Shown here one piece after another: positions 13,360 through 25,553 of a stretch of 64,000 bases of DNA. How positions within the stretch are numbered: the stretch's first letter is position 1; the number at the start of each line of letters is the position of its first letter. The translations under genes and the position numbers were made by a program. The notes under the pieces are model-generated. The model did not search any database, had not been told where the DNA came from, and was given only the letters and a program-made list of their open reading frames with translations. Source of the DNA: Lingula anatina (lineage: Eukaryota > Animalia > Brachiopoda); the NCBI GenBank assembly GCA_051362555.1, contig CM120640.1, forward strand, positions 71,278,788 to 71,342,787. Reading direction: 5' to 3'.

Positions 13360-16300
13360 GCACATATATAAACACAAGTAATACATTCGTTTTACCCATG
13401 ACCTTTGTAAAGGCACGTTTATTCCGCTAGAGAGAGGTTTCTCGTAGCACCTGCTAGTGCTAGCTGTTACTTTTAGACCAAAATATTTGTCTCCTTTTAT
13501 TCAGATAAATCAGTTGCAGTATACTCACTTAATATTGGACCTGGTTAATGAAAAGAAACGATTGGATAATATTTCAGTTACAGTGTTAAATTAGAATGAT
13601 TCTAAATGGAAGTGGGCAAAAATCACTGTTGGTCTTAAGTCCGGGCCACCCCGTGATCTTGAGTACCATGGCGCTCGGTCCCGGTGGTTTGGGCATCACG
13701 TCCAGAGAACTTTCCATTGATGTACGTTTGATATCATTTCCCAGTGTCATATAGAAGGAGATAAAGACCTCCTACATCTGAAGTTTAATCATCTTGTCCA
13801 TTGTGATTCCCCCATCATCTCCTGAAGTTAAAGTACTCCGCTTTGTACCGAAGTCGACCATTTCGACGTGCCGGATATTATTGCCTCGTCTCTATACCCC
13901 ATTGCCAGCTGCTCTTTCATGTTGAGAACGATCGATCGTCTGATACAATAAATGATGGAATGATCATCCCATCCTATAATGGATCTGGCAAAAAGTAGGC
14001 GATTACAGAGCGTTGGTGTTTATTTGTGTTCTGGACATGGAAAGGCAATGATTGTATGTACTAGTTCAACTGCAGTTCTATGGTATAGTCCGCTCCAGTC
14101 AAACATTCTGATGCTATTGAGTTTTTAACTATTGAAACATCGTTTTGCCAAGATGGTGGACTAAAGCTATTTTTTCTTCAACTCATTACATCATACATAT
14201 ATACACGTTTTATTGGCAAGGAACATAAATATCCAGACCTATTCTGGCGTCCGGTGGAGCATTCATATTTTCCAATGACGCGACATTTTACAGAATTGCT
14301 TTGTGTTCAGGTCATCGACAAAAAAAATAGTAATTAAAAAAAATAAAAAATAAATAAAGATCAGCTATATGAATGAACTCAGCACCAACAAAAGCCTAAT
14401 GGCAATCCCCTACCCACCCCCTCCAAACACCATGGCCTTCGTTAAATTTTAGTTTTTCCTGTCACGAAAACCGCTCCATGACTCAAACTCCAGGAGAGGT
14501 AAATGTCACTCTTCCACTTCTCTGATGATTCCTGCCTCCATTAAATGTTTTACATGCAGTATGCATCGATTTCTTAATGTTTCCTGCTGCGGTATAGTCC
14601 CCCGCCATTTACCGATTCAGTTTATGAATCAACCGACCTTGGCCATGACGGTGCCGCAGAGAACTGTTTACGGCATGATCAACATGGCCGCCTACTCCTC
14701 CACTATCCCTAGCTCAGTAATTCAGTTAACTTGTCGGTTCAGTTGGGATGCCGGTATGGTTTAAGTGTTGACACCTTCACGGTGAGGACGTGGGATGGGG
14801 GTCTTTATAGAACCACGTCCCCATCGGGTCTTTCAACGTGAAGTATTGACCAAGAGTTAATGACTTTATCCCGGTTATTGCACCCCATAGACATTTCGCT
14901 TCTTTATTAAATAAGGCTCTTAAATAAGCCACGTCGTGTTACCACTTATCAGTGAACTGGAGCCAATTATGCCATCAGCCTTGGAGTCTATGATATAAAC
15001 AACAAAGTGACAACGTGCTGACGAAATTTTTTCAATGATATTGTACCAGAAAGTGGTGGTTGCTTTCCATTACATACTCCTCGATCTTAAAAATAGAAGG
15101 ATGAGGAACGAAGACAGAACGGCATTTGTTTCCATGACAACCACAATGGCGTTTTCCCGCATTTCAGTGACGCCCACATTCTTCATGTTTTGATTTTTTG
15201 GGTGATAAAAATCAATTTACTTTTCATCACGCGTGGGAGAGATGTATCGGTTACAAATCCCCTGACGAAGCGCCAAGCGAACTATAGTGCAGTCTTTCCA
15301 TTTCCATATGCAAGGAAGAACCCAATTACACCATGCCAAAATGTTTGAACCCGATAATGATATCGTTAAATACAATTCAGCAAAAGCTGTCAGATAACGC
15401 GTCAAGTAAATTACGTTTGGAAGGAAAAAGGTGTCAAAGGAGTCAAGCACGCTGGAATAGATATGGGTTTGTCGCTGAAATTTGTTTTGTAAGAATAAAT
15501 TGCTATTGAAATTATGTTTGTTTTCTATATAATTTTACTTTAAAGCAATAAACTTGCACGGGAGAAGTGGTGCATTCCACATTCCGATAGTATCAGGGTC
15601 TGCAACAGCTGCCAGGCTTCGTCAAGGTAGACTGATCTGTATTCATTTCTACCTGTACTACATTTCGTGTGTGAAATAAATTTCTGCTCTCATTCAAGGT
15701 ATAGTGATTATCCTGAAGAACAGGTAAAGTTAGTTGACGAAGACAACAAAGCGACATTCTCTGGACAGTGTCTTCGTGAATTGTCAGGTAAGTAGCGTCC
15801 CCAGAGGAAACAAAAACTTCACGCACTTGCTTCATGTTTGCCGAATCACAGTCAGTAACAAAACACACTTTCACCTATTTATCTACGCGTAATGAACTTA
15901 GAAATCAACACTTCATTGTCGCAGCATAATAAATGGAAAGTTTTTCTATATGCTTCTTGCCATTGTTACCGAGTATGCACTCTGCACATGGATCAATTTA
16001 TCCAGAAAGTTAACAAACTGTTCAGTTCTCACCACTACCTCCATGAATACAAGCTCACATAGAGAGCGTGAGTGTTCTCGATGTTGCCCATGGAGTACCT
16101 TCTCCAGCTCGCCGATACACTGAAGGTTCATGTGTCTGCAGCTTTAAGGAGGCTGTCCCGTGTCTTTGCAGGGATACCCGAGGAGGCCGCCGCCAACAGC
16201 AACCACCACAGCGACACCTATGAGCAGTATGAGCCCGAAGACGGCGGGGAGAGACGAGTGTCCTTTCAACTGAGTGACATACCCATACGACCCCCTTCGT

Positions 16301-19300
16301 CTTATTTCAAAAAAGGAAGAAGGTAAATATCCAGCCTTGCTCCTCATGTAAACACTTTTACTTGACTTTTGTTAAGGTAAGAGTTTTTTGCTCATTTGGG
16401 TCCTGTTAGATTCCGTGCGTAGCTGTTAATATGTTAATAAGATTCCATCTTTTACGGGGTACTCCATGTTCAACTTTTTGTTTCATACACACTCCTAAAC
16501 ATAACCAACCGCTTACAGACAAAACAGCAGCGCAACAGTATGTTTTAGCTTTATTAGATACGAAGGTACAAAATTTATTTTCATCAGGGATATTAATCAC
16601 ATGATCCAGGTGACATTTCTTGTTATTTATTATTGCGTTATAACTTAAAGGCAATCTTTACCAGTCTTCGCTCTGAGTGAGAAAGTCGTGTCTTACAGCG
16701 CCAGAGGGTCACAGCTGTCTAACAAAACAGTTTTTCTGTTTTGCACACATCACCATGTCGCTATAATTGTCTTGTACATGTTTTGTTGTCCTGTTTTCCG
16801 GTTTCTCCAATAAATCGTTTAATTGTCAAGAACCCTCCGCAACCCTTTATGCTCTGAATAGGTAAAACTTTGCTAGTTTTTTTGAGCAACAAAGCTTTGT
16901 TAACTTTCTCTTCGCGCACCTGTAGCTTTTACTCGTAAAAAAATCGATTCCACTTCAACTTGAACCACGCCAAACTATGTCTCAGTAACTGTGCATCTCT
17001 CTCCAGCATGCAGCACGATGACGTCACTTCCGGTGACAGTGTCAACAACAACAACATGTAAGTGATACGGGGATTCCTGCTGTGAAAGTTATAATTATTT
17101 TATCAGAATGCTTTTCGTTTATAGTCTCACTTTTTTCATTAACAACTAATAAACCTATATTCCAGGAACGCCCTTGTGATGCACGGCGTTCTACTCCAGT
17201 ACAGTTAGGGGGCGGTATCGGATACAATACATTTCCTACACATCAAGTCATTGAAACGAAAAACCGATTCATCTAATATGGGCAAAAGGTTAACAAACAG
17301 TGTTGCGAAGTTGTTGGTAATTTGGATTTAATTTGCGCCCGAAGTGCGATTATTGTGACAATTTTAAGAATTGAGCGTGGCCTTCTCGAATGTCGAGGAT
17401 TGATAAACAAAATTTAAATATTATTCATTGCAAAAAAAAAAAAATAATAAAAAAATAACAATAATAATAAAAAAAAATAATAATAATAATTAATAAATAA
17501 ATAAACATTATTTTTGCTGGAATTAACCAAATTGACTTCTTTGTATGCTGGCAAAGTGGTGCAAAATTTTCTCATATTTGTCGCGTCCAGCAATATTTAG
17601 GCACAATGCGCGTTCTAAGTAAAATTCATCGCCTCTTGTCTCCGATACTGTCCCCGGTGTTTGCCACAAATGGTTGTTTATATCGGCAGCTCGTCCTATC
17701 ACCGATAAAAGGCCCATTTATTCATTTTAGCATATAATTCATTCATCAGTTTATTTAGATAATGGATAACTATGTTTCTTTTTTTACATATTCTTTGGTT
17801 CGGGAATTGCAGCATTGATTTTCTGGGCTGAGCACAATGGATCCTTCACGCATGCGTGTTCGGCCACTTTTCACAAAGCATGATTGATTGATTGTTATAA
17901 CCTTAACTCAATATCACAAAGGCCCTTGTCTTCCAGTAGTGTGTTAGGGCGTACATAAAGATGTTAAGAAGCATTTTGTCATTCAAACCACTTTACATTT
18001 AGCATTTAGACACGAGTTATATGTTTGACTTTTTTCTAGCAATGTATTTTTTCTACGTTTGTCCATTTTTTTTTTATTTTGCTGATATGTCTATTAGTTT
18101 GAGTGTAATTTGTTTTGTGATGCTGAGTGTGTCTTAAGATGGTTCCCTGGGTTTGGTAGAACATCCACATATCTACATGAGATTGGATTGCAACACGGTT
18201 TAATTGCACAGCGTTGATCGAGTAACAAAGGATCTACAGCTTTGTCATTGAAACATGTAGGCCTATAGAACTGTGTTATATATCTTTTGTTGACTATCTA
18301 CTGTATGCCTGTATACAACATGTGAATAATAATTTGTTTTATTTGTTTCCCTAACTCTCATCAAGAGGAAATTTAAAAAACTTCATGACATTTAAATTTG
18401 ATTAACATTCAGTGTTTTAGAGCGAGGAACAAAACATCTTTTTTTATTTTAGGCGTATCTTTAGACATCTTTTGTAACATTTTTTTATCCTAGCTTACTG
18501 ATTCCATTTGTTAAATTCAGGTACACAGAGGGAGATTACCACTATCTTAAGAAGTTGCGAATTGACCCTGTTCCATCTGCTTCTGCTGCTAAAATGGTTC
18601 GCCAGGCAACAGTGGCAACGCCAGAAATAATGGCGTACGAGAACGTAACGCCACGTAAGGACGCGTCTGAGATCACGCGCGAAGTGACTTTGTTCTCTGA
18701 TGACAATGTCACAGACCACGAGATGGAGGAGGAAAACTATGCACCGAACCTGACGAATACGCACATTGTAAGAGACGCTAGACCTCACAAAACTGAAGTG
18801 TGTGTTGAAGTCCATCGAATAGCAAGCGAATCACCGTTATCAAACGGTAACGTCAACAAACCCTCCCCGCCAAGAAATTTAATGGTCGATAAAAGTGGGC
18901 GAAGACGCCAGTCTCAGAGCCTCGAGGTGGTCAGTCCTTTAGGGCGGCAGAGCCTGGGGGAGGCCCGCAAAGTACGCAGTTATGATGCTGTTCTGGATTA
19001 TGAGTTTGAGCAGGCAGCGTTGGACCGAATGAACAAGGGACCCTTCTACAACGCAGATTACGACGTGGTGTCAGAGAGCAAGAAGTCTCCGTGCCGCGGC
19101 CGGGTCTGTTATAACGACACGGGCAGCTACGAGAATGTCAACGAAGAGAAGATTTGCGACGAGCTGGAAATGGGGGCCCTGGAAATGGACAAAATCACGC
19201 TGACCGAGAGCGATGAAACAGAGGAAACACTCAATGGAGGGCAAAAGTATCGGGACCTTTGGTATCTGAGAGCAACGTTGGAAAAAGAGGAGGAGAACCA

Positions 19301-20675
19301 GGAGGATACGGTAAGAATGGAGGATACTTTGTCACCGTCACCAGAAAATGAATCTCCCGAGCAAGGGACATCTATAACGACGTCCTTTGAGTCGACAGCG
19401 GGGTACGCAGACGAGAGCGACGTTAATATGCCGGAAAACAAAGGGGATCCCAAAATACCAGAACAAAAGAGAAAACAATCGGCGCAGTTCCTCACGCCGC
19501 CTAACGTTAACGGAGAAATGAGGAGGCAAAACTATAGAAGTATTCTCACAAAGCGTCTGCAGAACAAAATGGACGCGCCACCGACAGCAAGCAATGATAA
19601 CAGTTTCGACAGCTTTGAGACGGACGGCGGACGGAGTACGTCCGAGTCCAGTCGACAGGAGGTGACAACGACGTCATTCGAGACATCTACGGATAATACT
19701 GACAGTACCAACGACAGTCAGACACACAAACTGCAACAAATGAAACACGACAGTGGGTACAAATCCTTGGAGGTGAATAAATCGTTAGATAATGGTGCTG
19801 CGCCAGTGAAAGCGTTGTCTCTGGACAGCCACACACCTCCTAGGCTAGCTAAAAAGCAAATGCGCGTCTCCTTTGAACAAGACAGCATCGACAAAGACGA
19901 AGCCATGGACACGTACCCGCCAACAGAGGGAGAGGGGGCAACGGCAAGCGCCGCCGACCCGACACACAAACGCTACAGGAAAAACAACAACCATAACCAC
20001 GGCGGCCAATTATTCGACAGGAGGGCAGCTAAAACTGCGTCGAAGAAAAGGCGGGAGTTTCATCGTGAGCGTCAGTTAGTTCACGTGTATGAAAGTATCA
20101 ACGAGCCTGAGACCGACAGCAAGTCTGACCAACCCTCTGGGGACAGCTTTGAAGAGCCCGCCACCTCTAGAGCTCCTCCCCAGCCGCACGGGAAGTTCTC
20201 CGTTTTCACTCGATTCTTCCGTTCTAGTAGCGGGAAAACTAGGCATAAAACTCGCGTTCGAGATTACAGCATTGACGAAAAAACCGATCAGATCTTCAAC
20301 GAATTCCTCCGACAGGACCCGAAGTACGAACCTGCCTCGTCTCTCTCAGTGCGCTCTCGGTCCCCGAGAATCCATTCGCGGCATCGTGGCTTGAGTCGCA
20401 AGCAGTACACAGACCCGCAGATTGGCGAGTCGTCGGGAAGAGGGAACAAATTGAAGCCAGAGATGAGAAGCGTCAGTCTGGGTAGCGACAGCAGCTGCAG
20501 CTCCACGAGAAAACTGTCTCCCCAGGACAGCATAGAGGAGGAGTACCTTAGGCAGGAGAGCGCCAGAATTTGGGACTCTGGTCGGGAACGCCACTTTGCT
20601 TCTCCCAAGGAACACCCTCAAAGCACCATTCACGAAATTCCGATCATCAAACTCCATACAGAAGAAGAACAGTAA
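9702..20675 (+). CDS. CBARP: Voltage-dependent calcium channel beta subunit-associated regulatory protein-like (BARP), about 898 aa, N-terminal single TM
   Basis: Phase-consistent GT-AG exons 9702-9722, 10645-10787, 12709-12846, 15699-15787, 16172-16322, 18521-20675. TM segment WISIVALVAGVVGGLILVISVIVVC. Motifs resembling human CBARP as recalled: RRVSF...KGRRYTEGDYHYLK, YRDLWYLRATLE, DSGYKSLE, RDYSIDEKTDQIFNEFLRQDP. The internal exons are less certain than the last exon. Confidence 0.8.
12349..12384. repeat. (GA)n microsatellite
   Basis: Direct reading. Confidence 0.9.
13310..13357. repeat. (TA)n microsatellite
   Basis: Direct reading. Confidence 0.95.
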
Positions 20676-22343
20676 ATGTTGAAGCTGTGCTTCTACAGGT
20701 TTTAATCTTTTCAATCTCTCCTTACCACACTGACACATTCCATCTTGAAACAGACGACATCTTGCTCGTGCACATTACCGGAGCGCAATGCTCTTTTTTA
20801 TGACCTAGCGATTTGCTTCGATCCATTGACGAGTACCCATCGATGCTGCTTATTGTACAGGTGTTTTTTTCCTCTTAAAAATATGCATATCCATTCAGGA
20901 ACATTGTTGTTGGTGGTCTTTGTCTTTAATCTTACATATGGCCGTATATTGTGAACCACGATAAAGTTATTTTGATAGGGAGGGACGGGGCGTTTGTACA
21001 ATCGAGCAAGTTATCAGCTGCTCTTGAATCTTTCATCTTTCAACGGCAAAGCGAGAAATGTATTCAATGAAGCGTTGCCTATGGCAACAAGAGTTTTCTG
21101 CGGAACTGTAAAAATGTCTCCAAGTCAGGAGGTCGGTTTGCGATATGCTCAAATATTATATAGTTTTGTTGCATAATTTTTCACTTGTCGATGTGTTAAT
21201 TGGTATTCGATCTTTATCTTGTTGAGTATTTTGGGTAGATTGAATGAAACGCTGATAATTAGGGGGTCATATTTTACATAATGTTAAGCACACAGTTGTT
21301 TTGATAATTAATTAACCTACAGGTTTCTTCTGTCTACACACTTGCAAATCACTTTTTAAACTGTATATTTTTATACTACAAGTTTGACTCTGCTATGGGT
21401 TATTACATTGGTGCACAGAACAGTTACGCTTATTTCTTTTGAAAATACCTTTTTTGAGTCTCTTAGATATTTGTTCAAGTTATTGCATGGAATGTAGATT
21501 TTGGTCTTTTCGTAGGCTCTTAAATCTAATCAATTGCAGCATTAGCAATATCATGTTCGCTAGAGTGCTTACGTCCGTCACAGATATGGGGTTCTTGTAT
21601 CAAATTTTGACCACCGTAAGGTTCCTATTTAATTAAATTTGATCCTATTTGAAAACAACGCATATGGGAAGTGCACCGCCAAGGGAGGGAGGGTGGCATG
21701 TCAGTTTTCAATTCTGTGACGGCGGTAGCCTATATGTTTTTATAACATGCATCATTCTTAGCAACGTCTCCCTTAGCAACAGATTATTTCATTAATTAGC
21801 AATGCAGGGTATCTGCTAAACATTATTTTAGCATGCATATCAGCGTTCTGAATCTATCACTACTATGTAGGATACCTTGTTATTCACCAGAATAAGTTTT
21901 TGTACACGGTAAGCGTCTCGCGTGTATTGTGCTCGATTTTTGCATTAATATATTCATACAAGATTTGAAAAAAACGTTTTTAAAAAATTCTACTTATATA
22001 TTTTCGCAAATTTGCGACTGTATTTTGTCATTGTGCAATGCATTGTTCTGTGATCGTTATGGTGAGTAAAATACTTTTTCAAGTTTATGAAACGTTTGTC
22101 ATTACTTTATAAAAATGAAACGCCGAATCACATCATGAAAACATAACATAAGAAACATAATGTAATTATCTTACACTTTAATTTTCTCATTTTTAGATGA
22201 AAGCTATCGTTCGCGAAAATTTGGTTTTATTGGCGTCAGTCGGCCTTTAACCACAATCATTCCCATAAAAGTACCACAAATAATATTAGATTTCTTACAT
22301 AAAATGTTTTTCCCAGTCATCCTACTCCACATCATCAAAACAT

Positions 22344-23534
22344 TTAGTCGTCAAACGTGAAAGTCAGAAAACTTGAAAAATTTTTGGTTTCTTGTTTTGA
22401 GTCTGCCGGTTTCTTTGCTGTGGGCCTTTTGTCGTCACCCTCCAGTTGCTGAGCCCCGTCTGCCACTCTCTGCGCCTGTCTGTCAACAAAGTTTTGGACC
22501 TTCTCTCGTAGTGCTATGTTTTCAAGCTTTACTTTTAACAGAAGATCTTCCCTCATGGCTGCCCCCCAGTTCTTATCATGGACGCGGGCAGGACGGGTGT
22601 GGTGAAACGCTTGGGCGCTTTTTGGAGGAACGCGCGCAGGTAACAACTGTGCCGTTAAATGTGTATCCGGCGTTCTAGTCGCGCTTACCAGGCTGGCGCT
22701 TTTACTTCTTCGGTGCTTTCGCACCAATGAAAGGACGTCTTTGTCTTTCTCATTATCTCCAGCAGTATTCAACGCCGCGCAATTCCCTGACGTGCGTGTA
22801 GGTGTTATCAGGAGTTGTGGGTGGGTTTTTAAAGATTCCACCTGCTCTCTCACCACTTGTTTACTGCCATTCGTATGTCTCCAGGTAAAACTGCGCACTA
22901 ATTTGGCGTCTGGTGATCTTCTTGACAGTAACCCGCGTGTGTTTGGAATAGAAAATGTGTCTGTCTCTGGTAAACACCGGACATCCGTCTTCAGATCACG
23001 TGATAACATCCTCGTGTCCCTGGTGTCACTGTGGTCAAGACTTGGACCGTCTCCACTTTGGCTGTAATCACTCTCATCTGAAGTCCGCAAGGCACCTGTA
23101 CCTGTTATAGGGCTTAGCGTATGCTCCCTTTTAATGGAGGCAGACTCCTTGTCAAATCGCTCGGTAGTGTCGTGTTTTATGAGTCGTTTACCGGCAGCGT
23201 ATGTAGTCAAATCTTTGACAGCGTTCTCCCTCACAGGTGCCGATATGCACCGCGTATTAGAAGACATTCGTTTAAATTTTGACATCTCAGGCGTTTTCAC
23301 GCTTGTCTTATCGTATTTACTCCTTCGTTTCTTAAACATTTGTTCTTCGCGTCGCAGTGAGTCCAGAAGCATAGACTTATCCAATTCCAACTTCTTGATC
23401 TGAGCCTGACAGTCTTTCTTCAGATCTAAAAAACACTTAAACAACTTTTGGGACTGGATGAGTTCGTAGGCAGATTTCTGCTCGCTGAACGATATCTTTT
23501 GGGATCCTGTCGATTTTGAATAATTTTTCAACAT
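22344..23534 (-). CDS. Uncharacterised 396-aa basic protein, single coding exon, N- and C-terminal helical/coiled-coil segments
   Basis: Long uninterrupted ORF with ATG. Upstream acceptor (ttttag near 23612) and donor (gtaagt near 24078) suggest a 5'UTR intron. AATAAA on the minus strand near 22226. Confidence 0.7.
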   Translation of the reverse strand: MLKNYSKSTGSQKISFSEQKSAYELIQSQKLFKCFLDLKKDCQAQIKKLELDKSMLLDSLRREEQMFKKRRSKYDKTSVKTPEMSKFKRMSSNTRCISAPVRENAVKDLTTYAAGKRLIKHDTTERFDKESASIKREHTLSPITGTGALRTSDESDYSQSGDGPSLDHSDTRDTRMLSRDLKTDVRCLPETDTFSIPNTRGLLSRRSPDAKLVRSFTWRHTNGSKQVVREQVESLKTHPQLLITPTRTSGNCAALNTAGDNEKDKDVLSLVRKHRRSKSASLVSATRTPDTHLTAQLLPARVPPKSAQAFHHTRPARVHDKNWGAAMREDLLLKVKLENIALREKVQNFVDRQAQRVADGAQQLEGDDKRPTAKKPADSKQETKNFSSFLTFTFDD

Positions 23535-25479
23535 CTTGGCAGAGAAAACTTCTGCGATGTCCTGTCACGTCTGTAGCACACGTCGTCGCCTTGCTGTTTA
23601 CTAGTCGCCGCCTAAAATATAAAACCAAGATGCAGCCTGAGTCAAAGGTGACCTTGATACTTGACGTTTAACTCCTGGGGTTATATATATAAAAAGACTG
23701 ACCAAAGGACTGTTGATGACTTGATGTGCATTCGAAAACATAAAAGGTCTCAGATGCGGCATTAATTTCTCTCCACAATGTCCGTCGTACCTGAGATCAT
23801 GATAGGCTACAGGTCGCACGGCGGTACAGTTGACTTAGAATTGACTCTGGTAAAAATCTTGCATAGTTTTAATTGAAGCATACATACTTACGTTATACAC
23901 ACTTCTGTGAAGTCAGTTGTATAAAAATATTTACAGCTCTCTTTAGTATTTTACCATTTGCTTTCCAAGTTGAAAATATTTTACATTTTACTTAAAGAAA
24001 AAATACGCCAGCAACTAAATATTAATATTTCAGCTGCAATTCCTTCACTTTTCTCGAGCATGTATTTATTTCTACTTACCTCCACTCTGAACTGAATGCC
24101 TTCTGACATGCCATCAGATTGTTTCTAGTATGAATAATATCTCCGTATTTAATCAGAGGCTCTGCGCTCCTCCAGTTACCTGTACCTGAGCCAGTCAGCG
24201 GTGAACAAAGTACACCTGTACACCGGGGAGAAAAGGTGTCCCCACTTGTGGAGCGGGATTAATATCAACCCATACTGGGGGTAATTCCAAACACAAGCAG
24301 CAGAAGTGTCGGGGACATTGTGAACGGGATTCCATGTTGACACACACGTTTAGAGATAATTCCCCTCAAGAAGCAAACCAAATGCAATGACAAATGACGA
24401 AAAACTTGTTAGTAGAACCCAGGTTTACTCTACACCATCATATATACATGGTGATGACATGATCAGTAATCTTCTCTTACAGGTTATTCATGTTTGCTGT
24501 ATGACATGAAATGAAAACTTTTTAACATTCATGTCTTTCTGTTGCCATTATACAGAAGTTTTAAATTGTAAACAAGCCTGTACAGTTACGAACAAGTAGT
24601 TTCTTTGTCCCTTTTCTGATTTCTAGAATACAGGTAGACTCCTCTTATGCAGGTTTGACATATTATTATTGAATTATTAAGCGACTGTCATCAGTTTCCA
24701 CAACTTCATTTTTAATCCAATCCATCTACATTCACGTAGACAATTTCTTTAAACAGAAGTCAAATCGTTCTTTATTGTTGATGCTGTAGCTACGGCTTTA
24801 CCACGCACAGGAATATAGATTAATCCAGCATGTCCAGAATGACGGCATATAGAGTGTACCCCAAATGTTTTACATTTATGCTTTTTCATTCTGTTTAATA
24901 TATCATAAAACCGGGGTGTTACCAAATACAACTGTCTACAACTTTCCTTTCTAAGACAAAAAGGCAAAATTTACCCCCACCTTTTATCAAAGCAAAATGA
25001 CAGATTTAACCCCCAATTCACCTGAGAGCAACCAAAGCACAACAACAGACCCCTTTTCTCTTGTTTCTCTACATCCAGGGGAGAAGGGTGGAATACCTAC
25101 AGGGTGACATCCTTCTAGAAATCCCATGTCTGCCAGACCTAGACTTTGCGGACTATGGTTACAACATATAACTACATCCTGAACATTTTTCAATAATACA
25201 AATAAAAAAGCAACTAAACACAACCAGTTTAGTAAAATATTTTATTAATTTTTACAGTAAAAAAGACTGCAACTTCCCTCATGCAGTCTAATCTGTAACT
25301 AGTTGTGTGTTGATATTTTGCATAGACCTCCCCAAAAGGTTCAATCATTGTACAGAAAAAGTTCAACAAAATTCAGTCCATCTTCTCAAGTATAATGGCT
25401 ACATCAACAGCCTGTCTGCATAGCACCTTTACAAACTATTTACCTTACAAAATAAATACATACATGCATACATACCTGA

Positions 25480-25513
<34 letters not shown>

Positions 25514-25553
25514 TCATATGTACATACATACATGGTACAATCTAAATTTGAGG

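Noticed and set aside
19127-20738. Several antisense and alternate-frame ORFs over the large CBARP-like exon
   Set aside because: Shadow ORFs of a GC-richer coding exon with no independent features.
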